From the NCBI GenBank assembly GCA_038064475.1, contig JBBTTA010000001.1:47086-111085 (forward strand): a stretch of DNA of 64,000 bases, written 5' to 3'. The DNA is from Patescibacteria group bacterium. GTDB lineage: Bacteria > Patescibacteriota > Minisyncoccia > Phycocordibacterales > EsbW-18. Of this stretch, positions 38,863 through 48,435 are shown in pieces (the stretch's first letter is position 1; each line of letters begins with the position of its first letter). The position numbers were made by a program, and so were the translations under genes. The notes below the pieces were generated by a model that was not told the origin of the DNA, made no database searches, and was given only the letters and a program-made list of their open reading frames with translations.

Positions 38863-41800
38863 TTAGTTTCGGTTAGGTTCACGAGCTGGTGTTTGTAATT
38901 CAACATCAAGCGCAAGACCACGCATGTAGTGGAGAAGCACGTTGAATGATGCTGGTGTACCTGGTGGTTTGATACGTGTACCACGAACGATTGAGTCAAA
39001 TGTTGCTGAACGGCCGACGATATCGTCAGACTTCACGGTGAGCATTTCACGCAAGGTGTATGCTGCACCGTATCCGAGAAGCGCCCACACTTCCATTTCT
39101 CCGAATCGCTGACCACCGTTTTGTGCGCGACCTCCGAGAGGCTGTTGTGTAATAAGTGAGTACGGACCAATGGCGCGCATGTGGATCTTGTCTTCCACCA
39201 TGTGTTCAAGCTTCAGGATGTACATGTATCCCACAGAAATATCCTGTTCGAATGATTCACCTGTGCGACCGTCGTACAATTTCATTTTTCCTGACTCTGC
39301 AAATCCTGCCTTCTTCAATTCTTCTCTGATTTCAACATCTGTTGCACCAACAAATGGAGGAACAACGGCTTGGTAGTCGAGTGTCTTTGCGGCAAGACCG
39401 AGGTGAAGTTCAAGAATCTGTCCAAGGTTCATACGTGATGGCACACCGAGTGGTGTCAAAATCACGTCAACAGGTGTTCCGTCTGCCATACGTGGCATGT
39501 CTTCAACAGGAACCACGCGTGAGATAACACCCTTGTTACCGTGACGTCCAGCGAGTTTGTCACCCACATTCACGTTACGGAGTTGCGCAATTTCAATATA
39601 CATTTTCTTGATGATGCCTGATTCAAGCTGGTCACCTTTTTCGCGTGAGAATACTTTCACACCGATAACGCGACCGCGCTTACCACCTTCCATGCGAAGT
39701 GAAGTGTCTTTCACGTCACGCGCTTTGTCTCCGAAGATTGAACGGAGGAGGCGTTCTTCAGGAGTCAACTGCGACTCACCTTTTGGTGTAATTTTACCAA
39801 CAAGAATGTCGCCTGGTTCTACTTCAGAACCAATACGAACCACACCTTCTTCATCGAGGTTCTTCAATTTTGTTTCACCGACGTTCGGAATGTCATTTGT
39901 CGTTACTTCAGGACCAAGTTTTGTGTCACGCACGTTTACTGCAAATTCTTCAATGTGAATTGATGAGAGATAGTTGTCACGCACCAATCGTTCAGAAATG
40001 ATGATGGCGTCTTCAAAGTTATTACCTGACCATGACATGAATGCCACAAGGAGGTTTTGTCCGATAGCGAGCTGACCGCCAACCGATGTTGATGTGTCCG
40101 CCAAGAGGTCCCCTCGTTTTACAGAGTCGCCCACACTCACCACAGGGCGCTGGTGAAATACTGTAAAGCCGTTTGTTCGTGAGAAGTTGATAAGGTTGTA
40201 GGTATCATCCTTACCTTTGCTGTTCTTCACCACAATTTTACGTGCGTCAGCAAACTTAACCATTCCTGCTTCGCGGGCGTAGACAAGACGTCCTGAGTCA
40301 CGTGCAGCGTATTCTTCAACACCTGTCGCAACGTACGGAGCTTCTGGACGAACACAAGGCACCGCTTGCTTCTGCATGTTTGAGGCCATGAGCGCGCGGT
40401 TTGCTTCGTTGTGGTTCAAAAATGGAACGAGAGATGAAGCGATTGAGTACGCTTGATTTGTTGCAACGTCGATGTAATCAACTTCTTTTGGAGAAACGAT
40501 TTCAGGACGTCCACCTTTCACACGTGCTTCAACGCGCTTTTCTGTAATCACGCCTTTCTCATCACGTGCTGTTGCGGCGTGCGCAATCTTGTAGAGGTCT
40601 TCGTCACGTGCGTTCAAATACGTAATTTCTTTTGTTACGATGCCGTTTTCTACCTTTGCATATGGTGTTTCGATAATACCGAAATCGTTGATACGAGCGT
40701 GTGTTGCCAAGTGGAGAATAAGACCGATGTTTGGACCTTCTGGTGTGTGGATAGGACACAGACGTCCGTAGTGCGACACGTGCACGTCACGAACTTCAAA
40801 GCCGGCTCGCTCACGCGAAAGACCTCCAGGACCGAGGGCCGAGAGTGTACGCAAGTGTTCAAGCTCCGTGAGGATGTTCTCCTGCTGCATGAACTGTGAG
40901 AGCTGGTTTGTTGTGTAAAATTCCTTGATTTGTGCCTGAAGAGGCTTTGGATTCAAGATTTGAATTGGAAGCGTTGTTTCCGCATCAATAATAGACATGC
41001 GGTCCTGAATGTTTCGTTTCATGCGAGAAAGACCCACACGCATTTTTTGCTGGAGCATTTCGCCGATGTAGCGAACACGACGGCTTGCGAGATCATCAAC
41101 ATCGTCCGCTTGTGAACCCGGTGTCGTGTTCAACATTGCAATGTGGTTCACGATCATGACGATGTCAGAAAGTGATAACGTTCGCTCTCCGAGTGCCTTC
41201 TTCTCAATTGAAAGACCGAAGCGCTGGTTGAAGCGAAATCGTCCCACTTCTGAAAGGTCGTATCGTTCAGGGTCAAAAATTGACTTCACGAATTCGCGAG
41301 CGTTATCAACTGTTGCCAATTCCCCATCGCGGAGCTTTTTGTGAATTTCGATGAATGATTCGTCCTGTGTTGCTACGGTGTCGACAGCAAGTGTCTTTTC
41401 AATGTAGGGGAGTGTTTCTGGCTTCCCTTTGAAAAGGGCCTTGATATCATCGTTTGTTTTTGCGCCCAACACACGGAGGAGGTGTGTTACAGGGAATTTA
41501 CGTTTGCGGTCAATACGAACCTGAAATGTACCATTTGGTTCTGTTTCGATTTCAACCCATGCACCACGTGATGGAATTACCTTCGCGCCGAAGTATTCCT
41601 TACCACGATATTCTTGTGCAGAAAAAAGCACACCAAATGAGCGGATGAGCTGAGGGACGATGACACGTTCAACACCGTTGATAATGAACGTTCCGTGACT
41701 CGTCTGCATTGGGAAATCAGTGATGAAAATCTCCTGTTCCTTTTCCGTGCCAAGCATCTTGTTGATGAGCTTTACACGAGCTTTGAGCTGACCCTCGAGG

Positions 41801-42033
41801 TTCAGCTTTCGATCCTTCGCATGATGTTCGTCGTACGTTGGCTCCGTGAGACTTGTTTCCAAGAAGTGAAGCTCAAACTTTTTTCCTGAGTAATCTGAAA
41901 TTGGTGTGAATTCTTTGAAGAGTTCTTTAACACCCTTTTCTACCACCCATTTGAATGACGTAAGCTGTGCTTCCGTCATGTTCGGCATAGTGTGAAGTGC
42001 CGGTGTGTACTTTGCGAAGTGTTTTTGTTTCAT
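38863..42033 (-). CDS. rpoB: RNA polymerase beta subunit
   Basis: SALGPGG, HYGRLCPI.TPEGPNIGL, GDKLAGRHGNKG, GGQRFGEMEVW; start ATG 42033. Confidence 0.99.
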   Translation of the reverse strand: MKQKHFAKYTPALHTMPNMTEAQLTSFKWVVEKGVKELFKEFTPISDYSGKKFELHFLETSLTEPTYDEHHAKDRKLNLEGQLKARVKLINKMLGTEKEQEIFITDFPMQTSHGTFIINGVERVIVPQLIRSFGVLFSAQEYRGKEYFGAKVIPSRGAWVEIETEPNGTFQVRIDRKRKFPVTHLLRVLGAKTNDDIKALFKGKPETLPYIEKTLAVDTVATQDESFIEIHKKLRDGELATVDNAREFVKSIFDPERYDLSEVGRFRFNQRFGLSIEKKALGERTLSLSDIVMIVNHIAMLNTTPGSQADDVDDLASRRVRYIGEMLQQKMRVGLSRMKRNIQDRMSIIDAETTLPIQILNPKPLQAQIKEFYTTNQLSQFMQQENILTELEHLRTLSALGPGGLSRERAGFEVRDVHVSHYGRLCPIHTPEGPNIGLILHLATHARINDFGIIETPYAKVENGIVTKEITYLNARDEDLYKIAHAATARDEKGVITEKRVEARVKGGRPEIVSPKEVDYIDVATNQAYSIASSLVPFLNHNEANRALMASNMQKQAVPCVRPEAPYVATGVEEYAARDSGRLVYAREAGMVKFADARKIVVKNSKGKDDTYNLINFSRTNGFTVFHQRPVVSVGDSVKRGDLLADTSTSVGGQLAIGQNLLVAFMSWSGNNFEDAIIISERLVRDNYLSSIHIEEFAVNVRDTKLGPEVTTNDIPNVGETKLKNLDEEGVVRIGSEVEPGDILVGKITPKGESQLTPEERLLRSIFGDKARDVKDTSLRMEGGKRGRVIGVKVFSREKGDQLESGIIKKMYIEIAQLRNVNVGDKLAGRHGNKGVISRVVPVEDMPRMADGTPVDVILTPLGVPSRMNLGQILELHLGLAAKTLDYQAVVPPFVGATDVEIREELKKAGFAESGKMKLYDGRTGESFEQDISVGYMYILKLEHMVEDKIHMRAIGPYSLITQQPLGGRAQNGGQRFGEMEVWALLGYGAAYTLREMLTVKSDDIVGRSATFDSIVRGTRIKPPGTPASFNVLLHYMRGLALDVELQTPAREPNRN

Positions 42034-42270
42034 TTGTGTATGGGCGATACAGAAATACGGGCCTTTGTTCTTAGGTCGTATTTCCGGACACAAAACGACG
42101 CAAACTCGTCTCCCAGCCTCAGTTATCTGAAGATTGAGATATGAACTTTGCTATGCGTTTCGAGCAAACAAACGTATATAGTTTTTCGTATAAAAAACGA
42201 GAAGCCCCGGGACAACTCATTCAACCCCCTCGTAGAAAACGAGTATAGATTATTTTCTAAAGTTCGTCAA
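42034..42270 (-). promoter_or_regulatory. rpoBC promoter and ~200-nt structured 5' leader
   Basis: TTGACG-17-TATACT at 42242-42270; several stems in the leader. Confidence 0.7.
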
Positions 42271-42313
42271 TGATTGACAGGGTGGATAACTTGGAGTACC
42301 GATTTTGAAGCGA

Positions 42314-43012
42314 TTACCTCGCTCGTTTTTTTCGCCACGCCTCTACTTCGGCATGATTTCCTGAGAAGAGAACTGCGGGAACTTTATGTGTTTTCTTTTT
42401 GTGTGTAAACTCCGGTGGACGTGTATACACTTCACTTGACGCTGTGCGAGATTCTTCAAGTGATTCCTCTTTTCCTAACACTCCTTTGATCTGACGTGAT
42501 ACTGCATCGATAATCGTAAGTGCGGGAAGTTCCCCGCCTGTAAGTACATATGGCCCTGTTGAAATCTCTTCTGCTTTCAAAATCTTTTTCACACGTGCGT
42601 CGATGCCCTCGTAGTGTCCTGCAATCAAAACAAGATGAACATATTTTTTCGCATATCGACGTGCGAGGTCATTTGTAAATTGTTTGCCTCGTGGGGATAG
42701 GATGATTATTTTTGTTGAATCAGGAATCAGGAATTTAGAATCAAGATTTTTCTTGCTTCTTGATTCATGCTTCTTGATTCTCTTAAGAGCGGCTTCTGCC
42801 GCTCTTAAAATGGGTTCTGCCTTCATAACCATGCCCGGACCGCCGCCGTATGGTCGATCGTCAGTTTTCCTATGTTTGTCAGTCGTGTAATCGCGAGGAT
42901 TGATGGCAGAAATACGAAGAATCTTCGCTTCTTGTGCGCGCTTTAACATCGAGCTTTGTGCAAAGCTTTCGATGCTCTCTGGAAACAATGTTATGACTGA
43001 AAACTTTTTCAT
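42314..43012 (-). CDS. trmD: tRNA (guanine-N1)-methyltransferase with repeat-derived insertion
   Basis: DDRPYGGGPGMVM, GHYEGIDAR, YVLTGGE, YTRP, SGNH. Confidence 0.97.
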   Translation of the reverse strand: MKKFSVITLFPESIESFAQSSMLKRAQEAKILRISAINPRDYTTDKHRKTDDRPYGGGPGMVMKAEPILRAAEAALKRIKKHESRSKKNLDSKFLIPDSTKIIILSPRGKQFTNDLARRYAKKYVHLVLIAGHYEGIDARVKKILKAEEISTGPYVLTGGELPALTIIDAVSRQIKGVLGKEESLEESRTASSEVYTRPPEFTHKKKTHKVPAVLFSGNHAEVEAWRKKRAR

Positions 43013-43026
43013 GGCGTCATCCTAAC

Positions 43027-43054
43027 ACAAAACCCGCTTTGACGCGGGTTTTGT
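43027..43054. terminator. Terminator after khpA
   Basis: ACAAAACCCGC-TTTGAC-GCGGGTTTTGT. Confidence 0.75.
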
Positions 43055-43067
43055 TTGAAAACTATTT

Positions 43068-43382
43068 TTATTCTTCCTTCAAGGCTGCCATCGCTTCATC
43101 GATGTTTGCCGCTTGTGTCATTCGTGTCGAACCTTCTGGTTCAAGAATCTTCAAATTCACGCGTGCATTATTTTTCATACCGACAACGCGCAACAGTGTG
43201 CGAATTGCTTTTGCGGTGTTGCCTGAGCGACCAACAACAGTTCCCATATCTTTCTGATGCACTTTGAGTGTAATGAGTACCCCCATTTCATCTACGGTTC
43301 GTGTCACAACGACATCGTTCGGATTTTCTACCAATGCTTTAACAACCTGTTCAAGAAAAACTGCGTCTTGGTATTCTGTCAT
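43068..43382 (-). CDS. khpA: KH-domain RNA-binding protein
   Basis: DMGTVVGRSGNTAKAIRTLL; rpsP-khpA-trmD order. Confidence 0.9.
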   Translation of the reverse strand: MTEYQDAVFLEQVVKALVENPNDVVVTRTVDEMGVLITLKVHQKDMGTVVGRSGNTAKAIRTLLRVVGMKNNARVNLKILEPEGSTRMTQAANIDEAMAALKEE

Positions 43383-43470
43383 ACGTTATGTGTTATCCGG
43401 CGCACGCGCCTAAATACACTCGGAGTATATGAGAAAAAACACCTCATGTCGAGGTGGTTTTTCGTGAGCG

Positions 43471-44001
43471 TTATGCTACTGGAGTTTCTTCTGCGGGAGG
43501 TTCAACTGGTGCTTCGGTTGGTGCTTCGATTGGTGCTTCGACTACTTCAGGCTCGGCCGTTGTTGGAGTTTCTTCAACAGAGGCAAGAGGTTCTTCTACC
43601 TTTACTTCCTCAACAGGGGCCTCAACTGGTGCTTCAACTGGTGCTTCAACTGGTGCTTCAGGAGCGGCCTCGGCAACTACTTCAGCAACTGGCGCGGAAG
43701 CGACTACAACTGGAGCTTCCTTAACAATAGGAGTCTTCTTTGGAAGCACGTTCTTTTTCTTTCCATCAATAACACCTTCAGTAACAAGGAGGTTGTATAC
43801 AGTGTCACTAGGTTGAACACCCTTGGAAAGCCAGCCCTTTGCTTTCTCTTTGTCCAATCCCTTTTCTTTCGTCACGGCATTGTAGAAGCCGATCTGATCG
43901 ACGTGATTGCCACTTTTTGGGCCTTCTGTGCCCTCGAGTACGACAATTCGGAACGATGGGTCGTTCTTTCGTCCTACGCGCTGTAATCGCATTTTAAGCA
44001 T
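43471..44001 (-). CDS. rpsP: 30S ribosomal protein S16 with acidic Glu/Ala/Pro tail
   Basis: MLKMRLQRVGRK..FRIVV, GVQPSDTV; EAPV repeats in the C-terminal half. Confidence 0.95.
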   Translation of the reverse strand: MLKMRLQRVGRKNDPSFRIVVLEGTEGPKSGNHVDQIGFYNAVTKEKGLDKEKAKGWLSKGVQPSDTVYNLLVTEGVIDGKKKNVLPKKTPIVKEAPVVVASAPVAEVVAEAAPEAPVEAPVEAPVEAPVEEVKVEEPLASVEETPTTAEPEVVEAPIEAPTEAPVEPPAEETPVA

Positions 44002-44036
44002 CGCAAAATAATAGCAGACTATTGGGCTTCCCGCAA

Positions 44037-45320
44037 CTAGCGCTCCTTCCATGCCTTTCCTTGTCGTACGAGGAGGCTTTCTTTACGGTCTGGCTCTGCC
44101 ATAAGTCGTTCCACGGCTCGCTCAAGGCGGATTGACTGAGAACCCTTTATCAAAATAATGTCGTTTGGGCGAAGCATGCCGACGAGGTGTTCTCCAGCAA
44201 GAGATGCAGTATCAAAAGAAATAACACTACTGAGACCCCCTTCGCGTGCAGCAAGAGCTATGTTGTGTGCAAACACACCAACGGTAATAAGCACATCGAC
44301 AGCGGGAACTGCTTCCTTTCCTGCTTCCCGATGCGCCTCTTCAGAGTGCGCACCAAGTTCGGCCATGTTACCCAAGACTGCAATGCGACGTCCGCGTCCT
44401 TTCAATTGTTCAAGCACACGAAGTGCTTCGGCAACAGCGATGGGAGAAGCGTTGTATGTATCATCAATAATCGTCGTGTTTTGAATTCCCTTCAATAAAT
44501 GCATGCGACCAGGTGGTGTCTCGTAATGCTCAAGCGCATCAGTAATCTCAACAATGTTGAGACCTTGTGCCATACCAACAGACACCGCAGCGAGAACAGG
44601 ATATATAAATTGTCGCCCTAACACTCCTTCAATACGAATAGGTGCGACCTTATCATCAAACAAAACCTTAAAAGTAATCCCCGTCGGCACGTCTCCTTCA
44701 AACAGCGTGTCTTGATAATCTGCGTGAACATCCGCTTCTGCATCGTAGCCAAATGTGTGCACGCGTGATTTTGTTTTTTCTTTGAGTCCTCGCACACCCT
44801 CGTCATCATATGCGAGAAATGCATCTCCTCTCGGTTTAAGCGCCCATAAAATTTTTCCTTTCTCTTCAAGCACTCCCGTTGTTGATGGGAAGAACTCAAC
44901 GTGGACTGGCATATGTCCAACACGCGTCACAACCGCTGCATCAAGCTTTACCCACCGTGACAAACGTTCCATGTCGCCTGGATGATCGACTCCCATTTCA
45001 AGCACGAGCCACTCAGGATAGTTATGTGGTCCGACAACACACCACAATCCTTTCAAAAGATTCAAAATCCATCCCTTCGCACTTCCCCACGCTGTGTCGA
45101 GTCCAAGAACGGTCAAAGGCACGCCTAATTCTGAATTAAAACTCTTCTGACTTTTGCGAACGATGTAACGAGAAGAAAGCACCGCGGCAATAGCATCTTT
45201 CGTACTCGTCTTACCAACACTTCCTGTAATGCCAACGATTCGTGGCTTATAGCGCCACAAAACGAGCCGCGCCTCAAAAATGAGGAGAACTATAACGATT
45301 TTTTTGAGGCTTTCTTTCAT
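44037..45320 (-). CDS. murF: UDP-MurNAc-tripeptide D-Ala-D-Ala ligase
   Basis: GITGSVGKTSTK, VLEMG, IIDDTYNASP, ELG, KGS. Confidence 0.92.
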   Translation of the reverse strand: MKESLKKIVIVLLIFEARLVLWRYKPRIVGITGSVGKTSTKDAIAAVLSSRYIVRKSQKSFNSELGVPLTVLGLDTAWGSAKGWILNLLKGLWCVVGPHNYPEWLVLEMGVDHPGDMERLSRWVKLDAAVVTRVGHMPVHVEFFPSTTGVLEEKGKILWALKPRGDAFLAYDDEGVRGLKEKTKSRVHTFGYDAEADVHADYQDTLFEGDVPTGITFKVLFDDKVAPIRIEGVLGRQFIYPVLAAVSVGMAQGLNIVEITDALEHYETPPGRMHLLKGIQNTTIIDDTYNASPIAVAEALRVLEQLKGRGRRIAVLGNMAELGAHSEEAHREAGKEAVPAVDVLITVGVFAHNIALAAREGGLSSVISFDTASLAGEHLVGMLRPNDIILIKGSQSIRLERAVERLMAEPDRKESLLVRQGKAWKER

Positions 45321-45391
45321 ATGTTCATTCTATAGCCAGAAATCTTGTTCTCAAAGGATTTGTATTTTTGAATTAAACGGGGAAACGAACT

Positions 45392-45477
45392 TACTTTTTC
45401 AAAAAACCTCGGGAGACACGGCGGTGTCGTACGGAGCAAAAACCAAGCTTGGTTTTTGTGTGTTTTTTGAAAAAGTA
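45392..45477. repeat. 86-bp structured repeat, copy 2 (inverted relative to copy 1)
   Basis: 16-bp perfect terminal IR; 64/86 identity to the reverse complement of 27940-28025. Confidence 0.9.
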
Positions 45478-45489
45478 TGTGAGTGATTT

Positions 45490-47208
45490 TTATCGATCCG
45501 GAGGTATCTCGTAGTAATTGATAAGAAATTCAGCGATGTCCATAAACGGGTGTGTAAGTGTTTCAGACGCATAGTTCACGCCCTTTGGCTCTTCCGCATA
45601 GAGAAACACAATAAATTTTGGATCATACGCGGGAAAATATCCGAAGAATGAGTGAAGATAGCGATCATCGTAATATCCACGATTCACTTTGTCAGCAATC
45701 TGTGCCGTTCCTGTTTTTGCGGCAATGCTGTAGTGCTCTTTCATGACCGTGCCCCCCAACAACCACTCATCAACAACGCGCACAAGCATGCGTGTAATCG
45801 TTCGTGACGCTTCTGTGCTCAACACACGCTCGTCCGTAGGGTGTCCAATGGATTTTGTAATACCGAGATCGTAGTTAATCTCTTTTACGACGTGCGGAGT
45901 TACAAGCATACCACCGTTTCCGAGTGCGGCGAGTGCGCGTGTCATTGCAATTGGCGTCACCGCAATTCCCTGTCCGTACGCCGCCGTCACGTACTCAATG
46001 TCACGTGGTGAATCGAGTCCGGCAAGAAAACCAGACACTTCGCCGGGTAAATCAATTCCTGTTTCTTCGCCCAATCCGTATGCGCGAAAATAGTCTGCAA
46101 AACGTTTATTGCCGAGCTCTCCGACAACAAATGCCATACCCGTGTTCAATGATTGTCCCAACACCTGATACATGCTTGAAATACCGCGCCCTCTGCCGTC
46201 ATAGTTTGAAATCGTGTAATCCTCAATCGTGAGCTTACCTTTATCGTTATATGTCGTGTCTGGTGTTACAACCCCTGCGTCGAGTCCTGCCGCCATCGTC
46301 AAAGGCTTCACAATTGAACCCATTTCATACACCTTTTCAACAATTGGATTTGCAAACACACCAAGACTTTCTACATCTGAAAAATTATTTGGATCGAATG
46401 TTGGATATCCCGCAATCGCAATGATGTCTCCTGTCATGGGATCCATGATGACTGCCCCCGCAGTTTTCACGTCCCATGTATCTGCAACATATGCCAATGA
46501 ATCTTCAAGCACACCTTGTACGGTGGGTTCAATTGTTGTCACCAAACTTCCTTTTGCTTTTCCTTCATCAATATCAGTTACTTCTTCAATATTGCTAAAC
46601 ACTTCAGCAAAAAAGTTTTTGTACGCACTTTCATCTCCTCGAGAAAGCACATGTTCGTAGTATCGTTCGAGTCCGTACTGTCCTACACGCGCATCTCCTT
46701 CAAAACCAACAAAACCGAGCGTGTGTGCTGCGCGACTTCCCGCAGGATATGCACGCCACTGTTCTTTGTAGAAGGAAACACCAGGAAGTCTGAGTGCGGT
46801 AATTTCGTCTGCGATGTCTTTTGAAATACCTTCCGCAATTTCTTCGTAGGGGTCATCTGTCTTTGCTACCGCCACATTGAACACATCAGACTCAAGTGGA
46901 GTAATTGCATTTAGTGCTTCAAATGCTCCGTCAGCATCAACGAGTGCCACAGGATTAATCGTAAGTACATATCCTGATTGCACCGTCGCCGCAGAAATCT
47001 GTCGTCCATTTTTATCGGTGAAATAAATTGCACCACGATCAAACACACCACTCATGGTCGGTGCATACTGTCGATCTGCTTTCTCAGTAAACGTCTCTCC
47101 TTGGACGATCTGCACGAAATAGAGCTTCGTCAAAAGACAAACGCCGAGAATTAAAAAGCACACAAACAAAAAGCGCACACGACCCGAAAAAACCTCAATT
47201 GCCGTCAT
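45490..47208 (-). CDS. ftsI: Class B penicillin-binding protein (FtsI-like)
   Basis: GSIVK (SxxK), SLN (SxN), KTGTAQ; downstream of mraZ-rsmH; start ATG 47208. Confidence 0.88.
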   Translation of the reverse strand: MTAIEVFSGRVRFLFVCFLILGVCLLTKLYFVQIVQGETFTEKADRQYAPTMSGVFDRGAIYFTDKNGRQISAATVQSGYVLTINPVALVDADGAFEALNAITPLESDVFNVAVAKTDDPYEEIAEGISKDIADEITALRLPGVSFYKEQWRAYPAGSRAAHTLGFVGFEGDARVGQYGLERYYEHVLSRGDESAYKNFFAEVFSNIEEVTDIDEGKAKGSLVTTIEPTVQGVLEDSLAYVADTWDVKTAGAVIMDPMTGDIIAIAGYPTFDPNNFSDVESLGVFANPIVEKVYEMGSIVKPLTMAAGLDAGVVTPDTTYNDKGKLTIEDYTISNYDGRGRGISSMYQVLGQSLNTGMAFVVGELGNKRFADYFRAYGLGEETGIDLPGEVSGFLAGLDSPRDIEYVTAAYGQGIAVTPIAMTRALAALGNGGMLVTPHVVKEINYDLGITKSIGHPTDERVLSTEASRTITRMLVRVVDEWLLGGTVMKEHYSIAAKTGTAQIADKVNRGYYDDRYLHSFFGYFPAYDPKFIVFLYAEEPKGVNYASETLTHPFMDIAEFLINYYEIPPDR

Positions 47209-47512
47209 ACTGGAGAGAAAGTTCAGAATCGTTTCGAGATACAAAGAGTGCTGGGTCCTGATCAACAAAACCAAGCGCGTATGCACGAGCAAGTGTTACA
47301 CCTTGAAGTGCTGTCATATATGAACCTTCGAGCTCACTTACCTTCGCTGCCATATCAGAAATATCAGTTTCAAGGGCACGTCGATCAACGACATGGGCAA
47401 CCGTCTGTTTTATGAGTACTGCATAGAAAAATCCAGAAACGGCAATAGCTGCACATAAAAAGGCGAAGACTTTTTTCTGTAGATTATTGAATTGTAAGAG
47501 ATCGCGGACCAT
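47195..47512 (-). CDS. FtsL-like cell division protein
   Basis: TM helix, coiled coil, A..LGF; between rsmH and ftsI. Confidence 0.65.
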   Translation of the reverse strand: MVRDLLQFNNLQKKVFAFLCAAIAVSGFFYAVLIKQTVAHVVDRRALETDISDMAAKVSELEGSYMTALQGVTLARAYALGFVDQDPALFVSRNDSELSLQYDGN

Positions 47513-47547
47513 AGTAGTAATCGAGTATTAGTAAGAAAGTGGTGAAG

Positions 47548-48435
47548 TCATAGTTTTTCTAAAATACGAAGCTTTGCAGAGCGGGATCGAGGATTATCGT
47601 GGAGCTCTTGGCGTGTTGGCGTCATTGGCTTTTTGGTAATGAGCGTTGCGAGGCCTTCTTTTGCCTTATCTCTGAAAAAGTTCTTAACGATTCTGTCCTC
47701 GAGACTGTGGAAGCTCACCACAACCATTCGTCCTCCTGATGTCAGTGCGCCAAATCCTTTCTCCAAACCTTCTTTGAGAGCATTGAGTTCGTCATTGACT
47801 GCGATGCGAAGTGCTTGAAATGTTTTTGTCGCTGGATGAATCGGACCACGTCCTCCTCCGGGAACCAGTGCCTGAATACAGTCGGCAAGTTCTTTGGATG
47901 TTTCAAAAGGTTTTTCTCTGCGCGCCTCGACAATTGATGCAGCAATGCGGCGCGCATGTTGTTCTTCTCCGTAACCAAAGATGACATTTGCAATATCTTC
48001 TTCGTCCCAACCGTTGACGATGTCTTTCGCAGTGAACGATGATGTTTCAGGTGTATTTGAAAACGTCATCAGAAGAGGTTCGTCGCGAAGAAAACTAAAT
48101 CCTCGTCCCGACTCTTCGAGCTGCAAACTACTCAAGCCAATGTCGTATGCGATAGCATCAATCGATGTGAGGTGAAGTGTTTGAAGCACTTCATCAACTC
48201 GTCGAAAGTTTTCGCGCACAAGATGCAATGTTGCGGGAACGTCAGAAAGTTTTTTCCGTGCGTCCTCGAGTGTGCCCCCGTCTTGATCCAGTCCAATGAC
48301 GGTCCCCTCTTTCTGAACTGCCTCTGCGATAGCGCGTGTGTAGCCACCGCCACCAACCGTTGCATCAACAGCTGTCGCACCTTTGTGAAGTTGCATTCCT
48401 TCTATGACTTCATGTAAAAGAACTGGGATGTGCAT
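47548..48435 (-). CDS. rsmH: 16S rRNA C1402 N4-methyltransferase
   Basis: HIPVLL, DATVGGGG, FQALRIAVNDEL, SFHSLEDR, NPRSRSAKLR. Confidence 0.98.
   Translation of the reverse strand: MHIPVLLHEVIEGMQLHKGATAVDATVGGGGYTRAIAEAVQKEGTVIGLDQDGGTLEDARKKLSDVPATLHLVRENFRRVDEVLQTLHLTSIDAIAYDIGLSSLQLEESGRGFSFLRDEPLLMTFSNTPETSSFTAKDIVNGWDEEDIANVIFGYGEEQHARRIAASIVEARREKPFETSKELADCIQALVPGGGRGPIHPATKTFQALRIAVNDELNALKEGLEKGFGALTSGGRMVVVSFHSLEDRIVKNFFRDKAKEGLATLITKKPMTPTRQELHDNPRSRSAKLRILEKL

Noticed and set aside
38862-38999. Long rpoB/rpoC overlap, and similar N-terminal extensions of aspS, proS, holB and the ATP-cone gene
   Set aside because: Artefacts of longest-ORF calling; downstream ATGs fit homology and -10 positions
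42281-42290. DnaA-box-like TTATCCAC (also near 48961) suggesting oriC
   Set aside because: Isolated imperfect boxes; no cluster, no dnaA, no switch in gene strand
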